Assembly: GCF_006345805.1 (NCBI RefSeq)
Contig: NC_042997.1
Span: forward strand, 193,998,001-194,062,000
Source: Octopus sinensis
Taxonomy: Eukaryota
DNA length: 64,000 bases
Direction of reading: 5' to 3'
Both the position numbers and the translations under genes were made by a program. Below the pieces are notes generated by a model. It saw only the letters and a program-made list of their open reading frames with translations. It had not been told where the DNA came from and did no database searches. Positions 52,658 to 64,000 of this stretch are shown piece after piece (within the stretch, counting starts at the first letter, position 1; each line of letters begins with the position of its first letter).

Positions 52658-52957
52658 AGCTTCTATATCCGAGTTACAAATTTACATTTATACCAATATT
52701 AATTAGTGCACTTGGTTTTGTAAGTAAATGCCTAACTGACAGTCTATATAAGCTTGAATTTTCAGAAAAAAAGTAATCAACTACTTTTTCGTACTTTACA
52801 AATACAATCTATAAGTGGAACAGTAAAAATATGCAAGATCATTCTCAAGTTTAGAATGTGACATTGTTTTCGTAAACTACATTCCTGCGATGGAGCGTTG
52901 TATCTTTTTTAGAAACCAGTTCCTACTTCAGAAGAAGAATTTGAATAATTAAAAACA

Positions 52958-52960
<3 letters not shown>
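52658..52960 (+). mobile_element. RLE retrotransposon 3' fragment of the (CATA)n-associated family
   Basis: QLLYPSYKFTFIPILISALG...LQIQSISGTVKICK; 5' flank (CATA)n, 3' flank (GATA)n. Confidence 0.8.
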
Positions 52961-53037
<77 letters not shown>

Positions 53038-53984
53038 TTAAGAGGGTCTTCGTAGGGTTTCTCTCAACGAAATGATTAACATTAGGCTATAGTAGAAGAT
53101 ATTACTAGCCCGCCCAGAGTGCTGTACAATGAGATCGAATCCTGGAATCATGCGGCTTTGAAGCAAACTTTTTAACGACATCATTGTTTCTACACCTGTA
53201 TTACATATGCTTCTATATACTTATGTAATACTATTTTATATCCGGAACATTTCTTAGTTTTAATTAAACTAAAAGAATATTTCCTGTTCATCTTGATAAC
53301 TTATGCGTTATAGAGCTAAGTAAATTACTATATTATTTTAACGTGTTTCTCGAATTATTTTTCTGGTTCTTAGTCATGCGAACTATATGTTTCAAACACT
53401 TCCCAAGAAAGGGTAGACACCGTATTTGATAGCATGTGTGTATAATGCACTTCTTCCAAGAAAAAATATGTCTCAAAAAATCAACCTGGGACCTATATTT
53501 TGGTGTTGGGCTTTTAACATAAGCTAATTTCATCCCTGATGTTCATTTTTACCTGTATATGCTCTCCTGAAATTGCAGTGCATCTGTTAAGTCCGTACAT
53601 GCTATTGAATACTGTATCTCTTGTTTTATGATGTTCATTGGATAAGAGATAAATCTTCCATTGGAGTGCTGCCAGTCTTTTACAAGTAACATTTCTTAAA
53701 AGTCTGGTAGCAGTTCTTGAAAAATTAGATGAACTGAGCCGTATAAACCTGCAATGTAAGTATCGCTAGTTTAACGGAACTCTTGCAGTATATTAATTCA
53801 ATATAAGAACCATCTATAACAAATTTGTTTCTATACTTCTACCCACAAGTTTATCTAGTTACTGAGATGAGGAAAATTTTGATCTGATATTAAATGTTAA
53901 ACGAATTAACAGGACATTAACAATACTTTGCAGTTCTGAGATGGAATTCTGTCAAAAGATAAAAGTAGATACTCTTTTACTCAT

Positions 53985-54361
53985 TTACTCTTTTACTCTT
54001 TTACTTGTTTCAGTCATTTCACTGTGGCCATGCTGGAGCACCGCCTTTAGTCGAGCAAATCGACCCCAGGACTTATTCTTTGTGAGCCTTGTACTCATTC
54101 TATCGGTCACATTTGCCAAACCGCTAAGTTACGGGGACGTAAACACACCAGCATCGGTTGTCAAGCGATGTTGGGGGGACAAACGCAGACACACAAACAT
54201 ATACACACACACATATATACGACGGGCATCTTTCAGTTTCCATTTTACCAAATCCACTCACAAGGCTTTGGTCGGCCCGAGGCTATAGTATAAGACACTT
54301 GCCCAAGGTGCCACGCAGTGGGACTGAACCCGGAATCACGTGGTTGGTAAACAAGCTACTT
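53985..54361 (-). mobile_element. SINE family B body/tail (its head lies at 56412-56450)
   Basis: Split by the 2-kb insertion; TSD-like TGGTAA(A/G)(C)AAGCTACTT on both sides. Confidence 0.85.
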
Positions 54362-56411
54362 TATTTCAAAACATTTGCCATAAAGGCAGTACACAGATTA
54401 AGTTAGCTTTGCGGGCTGGACGAGGACATTAATGAAGTGAATGATAATGAAAGACAGATGATAAGGATGGGAGAAGACAAAAAGCGCCCGCCGACTTTCG
54501 CTTCTCTAAAACATTGTTCTTTTTAAAGATAAACACAAAACGAGTTATTAAACCTCTTACAATTTTTCCAATTTTTGGACTTAGCAGTCCATTATTAATA
54601 AAAATGCAAAACGAGGTATTAAACCTCTTTCAATTTTCCAATTTTTGGACTTAGCAGTCCATTATTAATACTAACAGTTCAATAATTACATATCGTCCTC
54701 GAAATAGCTTGTGCCCGCGCCCTCCACCATCATACACGCCTCCCTCAGAACGTAATCAAGTCCGAGTTCGCGTCGCCCGGGACCAAGCTATAATCTTCAT
54801 TGAGCTCCTTTAGCCCAAGCGTCACGTCGAACGCCACGACCTCCACAGCTATCTGCGGAGGCCATTCGGGGTCCTGTGTGAAGGCTAAAGGAGCTCCCTT
54901 GTGGTACTCTTCATCATTTTTTTTTCAATTTCTCCTCCTCTATAGAAGAGGACCAATACGTTCAGTTCTTTCGTTCGCGGCACAGTTCCCGCCAACGTCT
55001 GCGGCTCATGGATATCAGCCGCCCGACCTTTCTTTCTTTTTCTCCTCCTTCTTTTGGGGGAGACTGCTGACCCAGGGGACTCCGTCACCAGACACGGGGG
55101 ATCGCTATCCCCCTCCGCCACCTGAGCGTTCTTTGGCGAGCAGTCATTGTTGCTCGCCTGTCTCTTTCTTTTCGTGGAGGCAACCTCCTCCACGACTTCC
55201 ACCGTCTCCCTCTCCACTGAGGGGGCGGCGGGCGCCTTTTCCCCTTCATGCTCCGGGGCACCACCACGGCCCCCGGGACAATTCCTCTTGATATGTCCGG
55301 CTTCAGGCACAGGTGACACTTGGGGGGGGGGCGTCCCTCGAGTATCACCGGGTACCTGTGCCCAGCCATTCTCAGGAAGTCCGGGAATTTCATTTCTCCC
55401 ACGGCCACCGGTGTCCACAGGATCAAAGTTACCTTTGACCCCTCCCAGGCGACCGCGGGAGCCATTTTCACACTCAGTAGCCTGGGTCCGCTATCCCCCA
55501 GGCCTCGCCGGATGGTCTTCTCGATCCATTCCCCCTCCGTGCCCGGGGGCAGCCCACAAACCCAGGCTCTTTTTACTTTTCTGCCACAATACGAGGGGAG
55601 GAACAAAATTTCTTCTCCCTCCAGTGGCTCGCTAGCAAATCTGCTAGCTTCCTCGGGGGTACCAAACAGCAACCACACCGTTGCAAATTTACTCCCCCGA
55701 GAAATAAACTTTATCGTTGGTAGGTGGTCCCCCAACTCTTTCTCTATGGTGCTCCTGTCGAAGAGGGCGATAGCTCCACGCGACCTAGAATAGGTTCGTA
55801 GGACCACCGTCCTCTTCTCAAGACTTTCAATCCACTGCTTGGGTGGGACAACCTCACATTCAAAGCAGTGGTTTCTTTTGTTGCCATGATTTTGAAAAAA
55901 AGTTCAACTAAAAGTTCAAAGTCCAATAAGAAAAAAACACAATGACAGAACAGAAAGACAGAACAGAGAAAAGGACGAAGGAAGACAGTTCAAATAATGG
56001 CAACACAGTTCTGCAACTGGTAATCCTCACGAAACAGGGTACTCCTAGTTGCAGCACACTTGGTTCTCCGTGGTAAATCCAAGCACAATTGGTTCTCCGT
56101 GGTAAATCCAAGCGAACAAATTAATTTTTGAGGAGGGGCTATGCCTCTTCAAAATACACAATTCTCACTAAAAGATGAGACAATAAATACGCCAACAGGC
56201 AGAACAAATGCATCCGAAGCAAAGTGAAGCTTATTGCGCGCAGAAAAGTGTTAACACTAATTAACATTAATGCCAAAAAAGTATCAACGGCAAACAATAA
56301 ACCTCACTATGCTTCCAAAAATATCCAAAATGTCCTACGTGTTGCCGTAAAATGTTCAATAATTCACGTTAACACGTGACATTTGCCGGAGCAAAAAACA
56401 GCACGTCTGTC
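54362..56411 (-). mobile_element. ORF1-only (half) Tx1-like non-LTR retroelement, 2050 bp
   Basis: 5' UTR, gag-like ORF1, 3' UTR ending TGAAATAAA, about 17-bp TSD; no APE or RT motifs seen. Confidence 0.8.
54688..55887 (-). pseudogene. Tx1-type ORF1 with CCHC knuckle (frameshifted)
   Basis: MATKETT... start at 55887; VILEGRPPPKCHLC / GHIKRNCP split by a frameshift; several further frameshifts. Confidence 0.75.
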
Positions 56412-56639
56412 TGGTAAGAAGCTACTTACCACACAGCCACTCCTACGCCTAGATAGCTTATAAAATATCGAAATAAAGCCTTTAGTTTATTATGTATTTT
56501 TAACTATTGTAAGTTCAAACCATACTGAAACACTACCTCATTTAGAATGAATTGTTTTGAAGAATGTTTATGTTGTAGCACCCTAACTACTAGGCCATGC
56601 GCATTTGCCGTATCATATACAATTATATAATATTGATGC

Positions 56640-56868
56640 GACGAGCTGGCAGAAACGTTAGCGCGCCGGGCGAAAAGCTTAGCGGTATTTCGTCTGTCGT
56701 TGCGTTCTGAGTTCAAATTCCGCCGAGGTCGACTTTGCCTTTCATCCTCTCGGGGTCGATAAATAAAGTACCAGTTTCGCAATGAGGTCGATGTAATCGA
56801 CTTAATCCCTTTGTATGTCTTTGTTTGTCCCCTCTATGTTTAGCCCCTTGTGGGCAGTAAAGAAATAT
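56640..56868 (+). mobile_element. SINE family A monomer
   Basis: 16-bp TSD TATATAATATTGATGC at 56624-56639 and 56868-56883. Confidence 0.9.
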
Positions 56869-58224
56869 ATATAATATTGATGCACTAACTCACAGGAAGT
56901 GAATTTGCGGAGATATTTGCGAGGAGACAAAATGTCTTGCTATATTTGTGCTGAGTCGATAGGCGTTGCGTCCAGATTCTGTCATGGCCATCTTTGCCTT
57001 TTACTCCTTGGAAGTCGGTATATCTAATTACCAATTCAAAATGGTCACATTTGTTTCAGGTCTTTCTATTCTGTGAACTTGGTTGGCAAACTCGATCTAT
57101 CTAGACACGTGTAACCTACTGCTGCATCTCAATCAATTTTTCTTATATTGTACTAACAAGCAAACAATCCGAGTGTCGATCAAACTTTTCCATTCACCAT
57201 AGAGTTAAAACTCAAAACAAGCAAGAAAACAGAAACGCTTTACTCTCTCTGTTCGGTATTTTATAACGAAGGAGATTCAGTTGAAGTTTGAAGCAATATG
57301 GCGGAGCTGGCGTCCAACAGAGATAAATCAAACAGATAGCAAAGCAGTAAAAGCTACGTCAAAGAACAGATAGTGATGAGAAAGCGTTTTTCCCGTTCAT
57401 TACTTTCTGCACTTCAACATATAGTCCTAAACCCGGTTCAACACTATCACCTGGTTCTTGCGAGTCTCTAGCAGAATCCACTCTGTTGCAAACATTCAGT
57501 CCAGGTCTCCGATTTGAACATAACTTGCTCTATTTTTCGTTCAAGTTAGGGACTGAAAAAATAAAGGATTATGGATGTTGCATTTCTTTCCCTGAAAAAA
57601 AAAAAAAACGTAAAAAATCGACAACTGTAAAAGTGCTTCATCTGATCAGAATGATTTCTATAAGCAGAGTTGTCTCTTTACTCAACAACATGAAGTTCAA
57701 ATGCAGTAAGATCGAACCCGGATCAACGAGATTAAAAAAGTAGACTTCGTAACCAAACTTCCTGGGTATATATGCTGACATAAATAAAGTCACACGACTT
57801 ATTTCAGGAATGGAAATTTCTCGAACTCGGTTCATGATCTTTTTTGTCAAAAGCTTACCTACATTGTTACATGCTGGCCACTTTCCTCAGATTTTGTGAT
57901 TTTCCGGATTATAAGAGATGTAAGTTGAAGTGAAATGGTTAATTTTGCAAATCAGGTGATTATATCTATCGCTCCCGTATGAACCTAGTTTGATACAAGA
58001 GAAAATCTAAGTACTGTCGATTATCACAATATTGGTTTCAAATTTTGGCACAAGGCCAGCAATTTCGGGGTAGGGAGAAAATCGAATACACTGACCCCAG
58101 TGCTCAACTGATACTTAGTTTATTGACGTCGAAAGGATGAAAAGCAGAGTTGACCCCGGGGGCATTTGAACTCAGAATGTAAAGTAAAGTCGGAAAAACT
58201 GCTTAGGGGCATTTTTTCCGTTAT

Positions 58225-58455
58225 AGGCGGCGAGCTGGCAGAAACGTTAGCGCGCCAGGTGAAATGCGTAGCCGTATTTCATCTGTCGTTACGTTCCGAG
58301 TTCAAATTCCGCCGAGGTCGACTTTGCCTTTCATCCTTTCGGGGTCGATAAATTAAGTACCAGTTACGCACTGGGGTCGATGTAATCGACTTAATCCGTT
58401 TGTCTGTTCTTGTTTGTCCCCTCTGTGTTTAGCTCCTTGTGGGTAGTAAAGAAAT
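58225..58455 (+). mobile_element. SINE family A monomer
   Basis: Full head to tail. Confidence 0.9.
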
Positions 58456-59342
58456 ATATAGCAACGATTCTGACAGCTCACTACCTCAATCGATTATTAT
58501 AATATTGGAATAATTTTCTTCTTAAGTTCACTTTTGATTGGCTGTAGGGGTTATAAGATTAAAATTTAAAATATTACCCCATTCTTATTCGAATCCCACT
58601 TGAAGTTTTAAACCTACTACAGAGCTAATATAGTACGTGGTTAAAAATGTAAAACCATAGAAATTTAAGTCTTGACCGCCTGCATTTCTAATCGATTTAA
58701 AGACTTCTCATCAATCATAAAATGTCGGATCCGAGTATCATTTATAGAGTCATCTTTCAGAATCTAAGAAATCGTGTACTTCTAATCAATCTAAAGTATT
58801 TAATAACTAAAGAACAGTTTCAGTTTACAACAAGCTTCCTAAAAACAGTAATTCGATATTTTCCTGTTAAATGCATAATTAGTCACGTAATGTTCCATGG
58901 AGTAAGTTACTGGTACAGTGGAAAAGACATCATTTTCATGATCAATTCAAGAATTATCGTTAGTTACACCGGAATACTTCTGTCAAACTCACATGAGCTC
59001 AACATTAGAAACTGACGAAATACTGTTTAATTATGCTGTCTCCCAGAATAAGCTCTAATTTTTACATCCTTAGTATATTTAATTTTACAGTCTACATACA
59101 ATGAGCAATTCAAAGTGAATGGCCAGTCTCTGGGTACAAATTTAATCCTTTCCTATCAGTAATTTCTCACATTGGCCTCGCGCTACAACTCGTATTTCTT
59201 GAAGTAATTTTGAAGTTTACTTTGTTTTTCCTTTCAAAATTTTTCAAATCAACGCAATTGTTGTAATAGACGTTCTTGGCAGAGAACCAGGCCACCTCTT
59301 ATCGAGATGACTAATGATTAAAAGCGTTCCATCCTTGACCAT

Positions 59343-59727
59343 TGTACTTACTTGTACTTGTACTTGTAGCGACATTCACCCTGGGAGGGTTGAGTCGGCT
59401 TCTTCCTTGGAAGAAGTTTCGTCGGAATATGTGGATTTCACAAGCGGTGCCCAACAATCCCGCATGTAGGGACATCCTGTTTGCCGCAGATTGTCTGCAA
59501 ACGCAGGGACAGAACGACCGAGGAACCGCCGGTTGCCGAAACAGACACTCCGGGGATTTTCACCAGAGCCCCGTCTGCCGGGTTGTGGCCCTAATACCAC
59601 TCGGTGTCAGACCAATCCGCCTTGGGTGGCCCTTCCAGGAACCGAAGTTCCCGACGGTATAGCTCTGACACTACCCGTTGCCAGCGTCCCCACCACGGCG
59701 AGGAGGGGATAGACTTTGGGGACGCAT
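59343..59727 (-). mobile_element. Short non-coding RTE-like element with an HDV-like ribozyme candidate at its 5' end
   Basis: GC-rich, highly paired; ends in (TACAAG)n; HDV-like motifs at 59569-59725. Confidence 0.55.
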
Positions 59728-59962
59728 AAAGGCGGTGAGCTGGCAGAAACTTTAGCACGCCGGGCGAAATGCTTAGCAGTATTTCGTCTGCCGCTACGTT
59801 CTGAGTTCAAATTCCGCCGAGGTCGACTTTGCCTTTTATCCTTTCGGGGTCGATAAATTAAGTACCAGTTACGCACTGGGGTCGATGTAATCGACTTAAT
59901 ACCTATGTCTGTCCTTGTTTGTCCCCTCTATGTTTAGCCCCTTGTGGGTAATAAAGAAATAG
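59728..59962 (+). mobile_element. SINE family A monomer
   Basis: 16-bp TSD GACTTTGGGGACGCAT at 59712-59727 and 59963-59978. Confidence 0.9.
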
Positions 59963-60660
59963 GACTTTGGGGACGCATTCCGTTTGTTTTTCTCTTTTAT
60001 TCTTTTTTTTCTTTTTTTCTTCATTTTTTTTTTACCAAGTGCCATTTATTATTTCAGACGGTAAATAACGAATCGAAGGAGTCTTAGTTGCAAATTCGCT
60101 AATTCTAAGTTTTAGCGACTACGCACGGAGACCTCTTCGTTGATTTCGTATTAAGGAAGTTGATACGACGAATACCGAAGCCCTGACTTGTTACACTACT
60201 TATGTTAACGACTGCAACAACTGTTTAGACAAATCATTGAGAAAAGAACACGTGCCAGACATTACTGTAAATTATCATGCCGTTCATTCAATCCAATACA
60301 TGTCATCACGACTTCCTGCAGTGAGATGACTTCGCTGTCAGAAAACCTAATTTCTCGGGTTTCTCATTATATTCAAATATATATTTTATGCAGAAAATCA
60401 AAACATAGATTATGTTTCAATTTCAATACTTGATAGAAGGGAGAAAAAAAATATTAGATTTTCGTTTAGACTTAATTACTGCTTCCCGAAAAATATTAAC
60501 TCGTTTTAAAATGGTTCACAGCACACTTGTCGACTGACATTTCAAGAGATACGTTTGCAAATATACATACAAAATCCTGTAAGATTTCATATGAATTTTC
60601 TCACGACAAATTTATATATGCATGTGTGTGTGTGTTTGTGTGTGCGTGTGTGTGTGTGTG

Positions 60661-60829
<169 letters not shown>

Positions 60830-61090
60830 TTGTAGTGTAATATATGGAATCATAGAATCATGTAGCTATCATGGAAAGCCCCTCCAGCGGATCTGGCTAG
60901 CAGACTACATAATAATCCAACACAAATAAGTATAACGCAGAGTTCTATACAGCTGAAATCTCGGAAATCCGATCGATGAAATTATTTGATGAAGAGTATA
61001 TAAACTATAAAAAGTCAGGAGTTTATGTACCACTCATGATACATATATAAATTAATATATATATATGTGTGTTTGTGTGTGTGTGTGTGT

Positions 61091-61143
<53 letters not shown>

Positions 61144-61170
61144 ATATATTTATGTTTCTTATTTATGTGT

Positions 61171-61229
61171 ATTCCACTGATGAGGCAAAGCATTCCTAAA
61201 TGCAAAGTCAGAAATCCGGGATCTGGAAT
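61171..61229 (+). ncRNA. Type I hammerhead ribozyme
   Basis: ATTCCA-CTGATGA-ggc.aaa.gcatt..aatgc.aaa.gtc.a-GAAA-tcc.g.gga-TC|TGGAAT. Confidence 0.75.
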
Positions 61230-61473
61230 TATCCAGTAATTTTTTACTAGTTTCATCTTGTCTCTTTGTCTTCTCTCCGTGTTGCTATATGGACTCTTAA
61301 GGTGGTTTTAGAGTCAGATCATGGCTGCTATTTTCAGCATGGTGGTATCTCGTAGATACCCTAATTTATAATTTTTATAATTATAACCTTTGAGGGTTAT
61401 TTTTTCCATGCTGACCACTTGATAAGATCGTTATTTTATTTTAAATTAACGATCTTATCCTTATTTAGATAAC

Positions 61474-61541
<68 letters not shown>

Positions 61542-61568
61542 TTAAAGCAGCAGAAAATTCAACAAGAC

Positions 61569-61609
61569 CTGTTACTCTGAGTTTCACGTCGCCGTTCGTC
61601 GGACAGTTT
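61569..61609 (-). ncRNA. Type I hammerhead with U4C core variant
   Basis: CTGT-CCGACGA-acg.gcga.cgt-GAAA-ctc.a.gag-TA|ACAG; homolog of 27303. Confidence 0.75.
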
Positions 61610-61632
61610 CTACTAGAATCTATATATATATA

Positions 61633-62004
61633 GTGACGCATATTTGCCATTTCAATATGGCTACCCCTAAGGGTGGATGCTACTGTAGTTTTTAGCCCCA
61701 GGAGGACACACTCCTCCAGCTGGCCATAGACACACTTTCTGTGCCCTGTCAGTATTTGCAAAGGGAAGTCATCCTTCCCGTCTTCAACTTATGATACACA
61801 CGGACTCGAGTTTCGAGGTATTGACCTCTCGTCAGCGTGTGACAATCATAGTTGTCGGCGAGAATTAGATTTCCTTCACAAATACTTATACTTTTTCCAG
61901 CGTCCACTGTCGCTGATATTGAAAAAGTGAAATCAAACAATGATAAATATCAAAGTGAGTTATATACAGTAGCGGTAACACATCGTGACGCATATTTGCC
62001 ATTT
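61633..62004 (-). mobile_element. 352-nt terminally redundant unit with a central hammerhead (retrozyme-like)
   Basis: 20-bp direct repeat GTGACGCATATTTGCCATTT at 61633-61652 and 61985-62004; TA tracts on both sides. Confidence 0.75.
61797..61841 (-). ncRNA. Canonical minimal type I hammerhead ribozyme
   Basis: CACACG-CTGACGA-gagg.tcaata.cctc-GAAA-ctcgag-TC|CGTGTG; perfect helices I and II. Confidence 0.9.
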
Positions 62005-62619
62005 ATATATATATATATATATATAATTTAATGTAATTTAGATTCAGTTGAATTAGGTACTTAAATTGAGGCACCTTGTTAGGACGATCTTATTTGCACA
62101 CTCAGACAATATTAGGTGATTATCAAACTCTAGATAGAATTTTTTCCATCCGATATCCATGTAGTGTATGCAGGTGGCACGATACATCTTAGTGAAGAAA
62201 TTCGCTGTTGTTTGTTCAGACATGTACTTTATATAAAGATATCTTCCAAATACTTCCGAAGTGCAGATTCCAGAGTGGGTGGATTTTTATATCGTCAAGC
62301 AATATATAATGGACTGTGGCATATAGCTGGTCGGAAGGTTACCGTCAGTTTGGCGCCTAATATTGCCACTAGACAATGTTGACTCTAGGTTACTTCAGTA
62401 GTCTTAAAAGTGTTGACCGAAATTCAGTGAAAGATATTTGAGAGAAGAAAGAAGAAAGGAAGATCACCCAGATATTGGTGTTGTTGTGTTTGTTTGTTCC
62501 TTCTCGAGCCATGTCTGGAAATTCAGTGAAATTCTTTGGCGTATAGGTTCCCCACCTGGGTGGGATGTCGGTCCGTCGCAGGTGAGCTGCAAGATGCAGG
62601 TGAGCTGCAAGATGCAGGA

Positions 62620-62785
62620 GGAAAGAGTGAGAGAAAGTTGTGGCGAAAGAGTCAGCAGAAGTTCGCCATTACCTTCTGCCGAAGCCGCGTGGAGCTTAGG
62701 TGTTTCACACACATCGCTCGGTCTGAGACTCGAACCCGCGATCCCTCAACCGCGTGTCCGCTGCTCTAACCACTAGGCCATGTGC
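62620..62785 (-). mobile_element. SINE family D-like head fragment
   Basis: TGGCCTAGTGGTTAGAGCAGCGGAC...GGGTTCGAGTCTC on the minus strand. Confidence 0.75.
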
Positions 62786-63109
62786 CTCCGAGATATTGGT
62801 GTTAGTCATAGTTAAAATGTATAAGTTATATATGTACCCTTTTTTAGATCAAAAACGGACGCGACCAAATCGTCAGACCGAATTTGTGCATATGAGGGCA
62901 TATTTAAAACTTTCACTCATCGAATTTAGAAAGCGCTCAGAACCTGTAAATATTTTAGAACGAATTTCTTCTACGTTAGCTGTATATGGTGATTAAAGGA
63001 GGACACAACAGCGTATAAAATCAGCTGACGGTCCTCATCTTAAAAAAAGACGAATGGTTACGGCTGAAATGCTTTTCATCATAGATTTACATGATTAAGT
63101 CTGACACTG

Positions 63110-63395
63110 CAACACTCGCTGTTTTACGACAATGCTACTCTTCCTGTTCTCATTTACGACCATGCTACACTCTATTTTACGATCTTACTAAATACACGCT
63201 CTATTTTGCCTGCCTGCTATTCTTTCACTCAATTTGACATGCTTCACTCTCACTCTACTTTACGACACTGTCGCGCTAACTCTGTTTTACGACATTGCTA
63301 TGCGTTCTAATACGACCTTGCTACACTCACTCTTTATTTTACGAGTCTGCTGTTCTTTCACTCTATTTTACGAGCCTGCTATATTCTCACTCCAT
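63110..63395. repeat. Degenerate minisatellite built on a TTTTACGAC..TGCTACACTC motif
   Basis: Motif recurs about ten times with irregular spacing. Confidence 0.7.
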
Positions 63396-63639
63396 TTTAA
63401 TTCTTATTTTATAATTTCTGTTTTTAACTTAGCCAGAAACCTTACAAAAGTTTATCTGAAATTAGTTTTAAATGACCTGTTATCGCTTCGTAATCTATGC
63501 TGTTCGTTTAATTAAGATATTAAATGACTAATTAAGGCACTTATACAGATCTACGTGCTCTTACTTTCAGATGGTATCTCTTAATTAGAATGAATCCATT
63601 TGATTTTGGAACATTGGTATATATATATATTTCTTTATT

Positions 63640-63855
63640 GCCCACATTGGGGTTAAACATAGAGGGGACAAACAAGGACAGACAAAGGGATTGAGTCGAT
63701 TATATCGACCCCAGTAACTGGTACTTATTTAATCGACCACGAAAGGATGAAGGGCAAAGTCGACCTCGGCGGAATTTGAACTCAGTACGTAACGGCAGAC
63801 GAAATACCGCTAAGCATTTCGCCTGGCGTGCTAACGATTCTGCCAGCTCGTCACC
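63640..63855 (-). mobile_element. SINE family A
   Basis: Reverse complement of the family A head and body. Confidence 0.85.
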
Positions 63856-64000
63856 CTGGAACATTGATATATATATATATATATATATAAGAGTCATAAA
63901 TAACAAGTTTAACACCTGTTTAGAATTTGGTGGAGGCTTTCATCTTAGATCGTTGAACTCAAAACCTTCATTTTGATATTATAGCTTCTGAACTATTTCA

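Noticed and set aside
54543-54670. Duplicated GGACTGCTAAGTCC resembling a tRNA-Ser anticodon arm
   Set aside because: No D or T arms; it is a tandem duplication inside the Tx1-like 3' UTR
57424-57743. About 106-codon open frame and strong-looking splice acceptors
   Set aside because: Candidate exons contain stops in all frames, and I recognise no protein motif

Overview
This is AT-rich, microsatellite-saturated eukaryotic DNA. Its repeat families match those I recall from Octopus genomes (organism inferred, not proven), and there is one 100-N gap at 51589-51688. I cannot confidently support any host protein-coding gene. The window is a mosaic of simple repeats, four tRNA-headed SINE families (my labels A-D), decayed LINE fragments (Dong/R4-type RLE, CR1, RTE, Tx1, Penelope), several MITEs and a 5'-truncated U1 snRNA copy. 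The most notable signals, all found by eye, are: (1) many type I hammerhead ribozymes (HHR) from several families, including a tandem pair bracketing a 497-nt unit and a 352-nt terminally redundant unit, both retrozyme-like; (2) an ORF1-only Tx1-like retroelement inserted at the same nucleotide of the SINE-B head as a second, independent related insertion; (3) an RLE retrotransposon family whose three fragments all start right after (CATA)n; (4) 184-bp SINE multimers with one recurrent junction; (5) an HDV-like ribozyme candidate heading a short RTE-like element. All folds and alignments are manual and have not been checked computationally.
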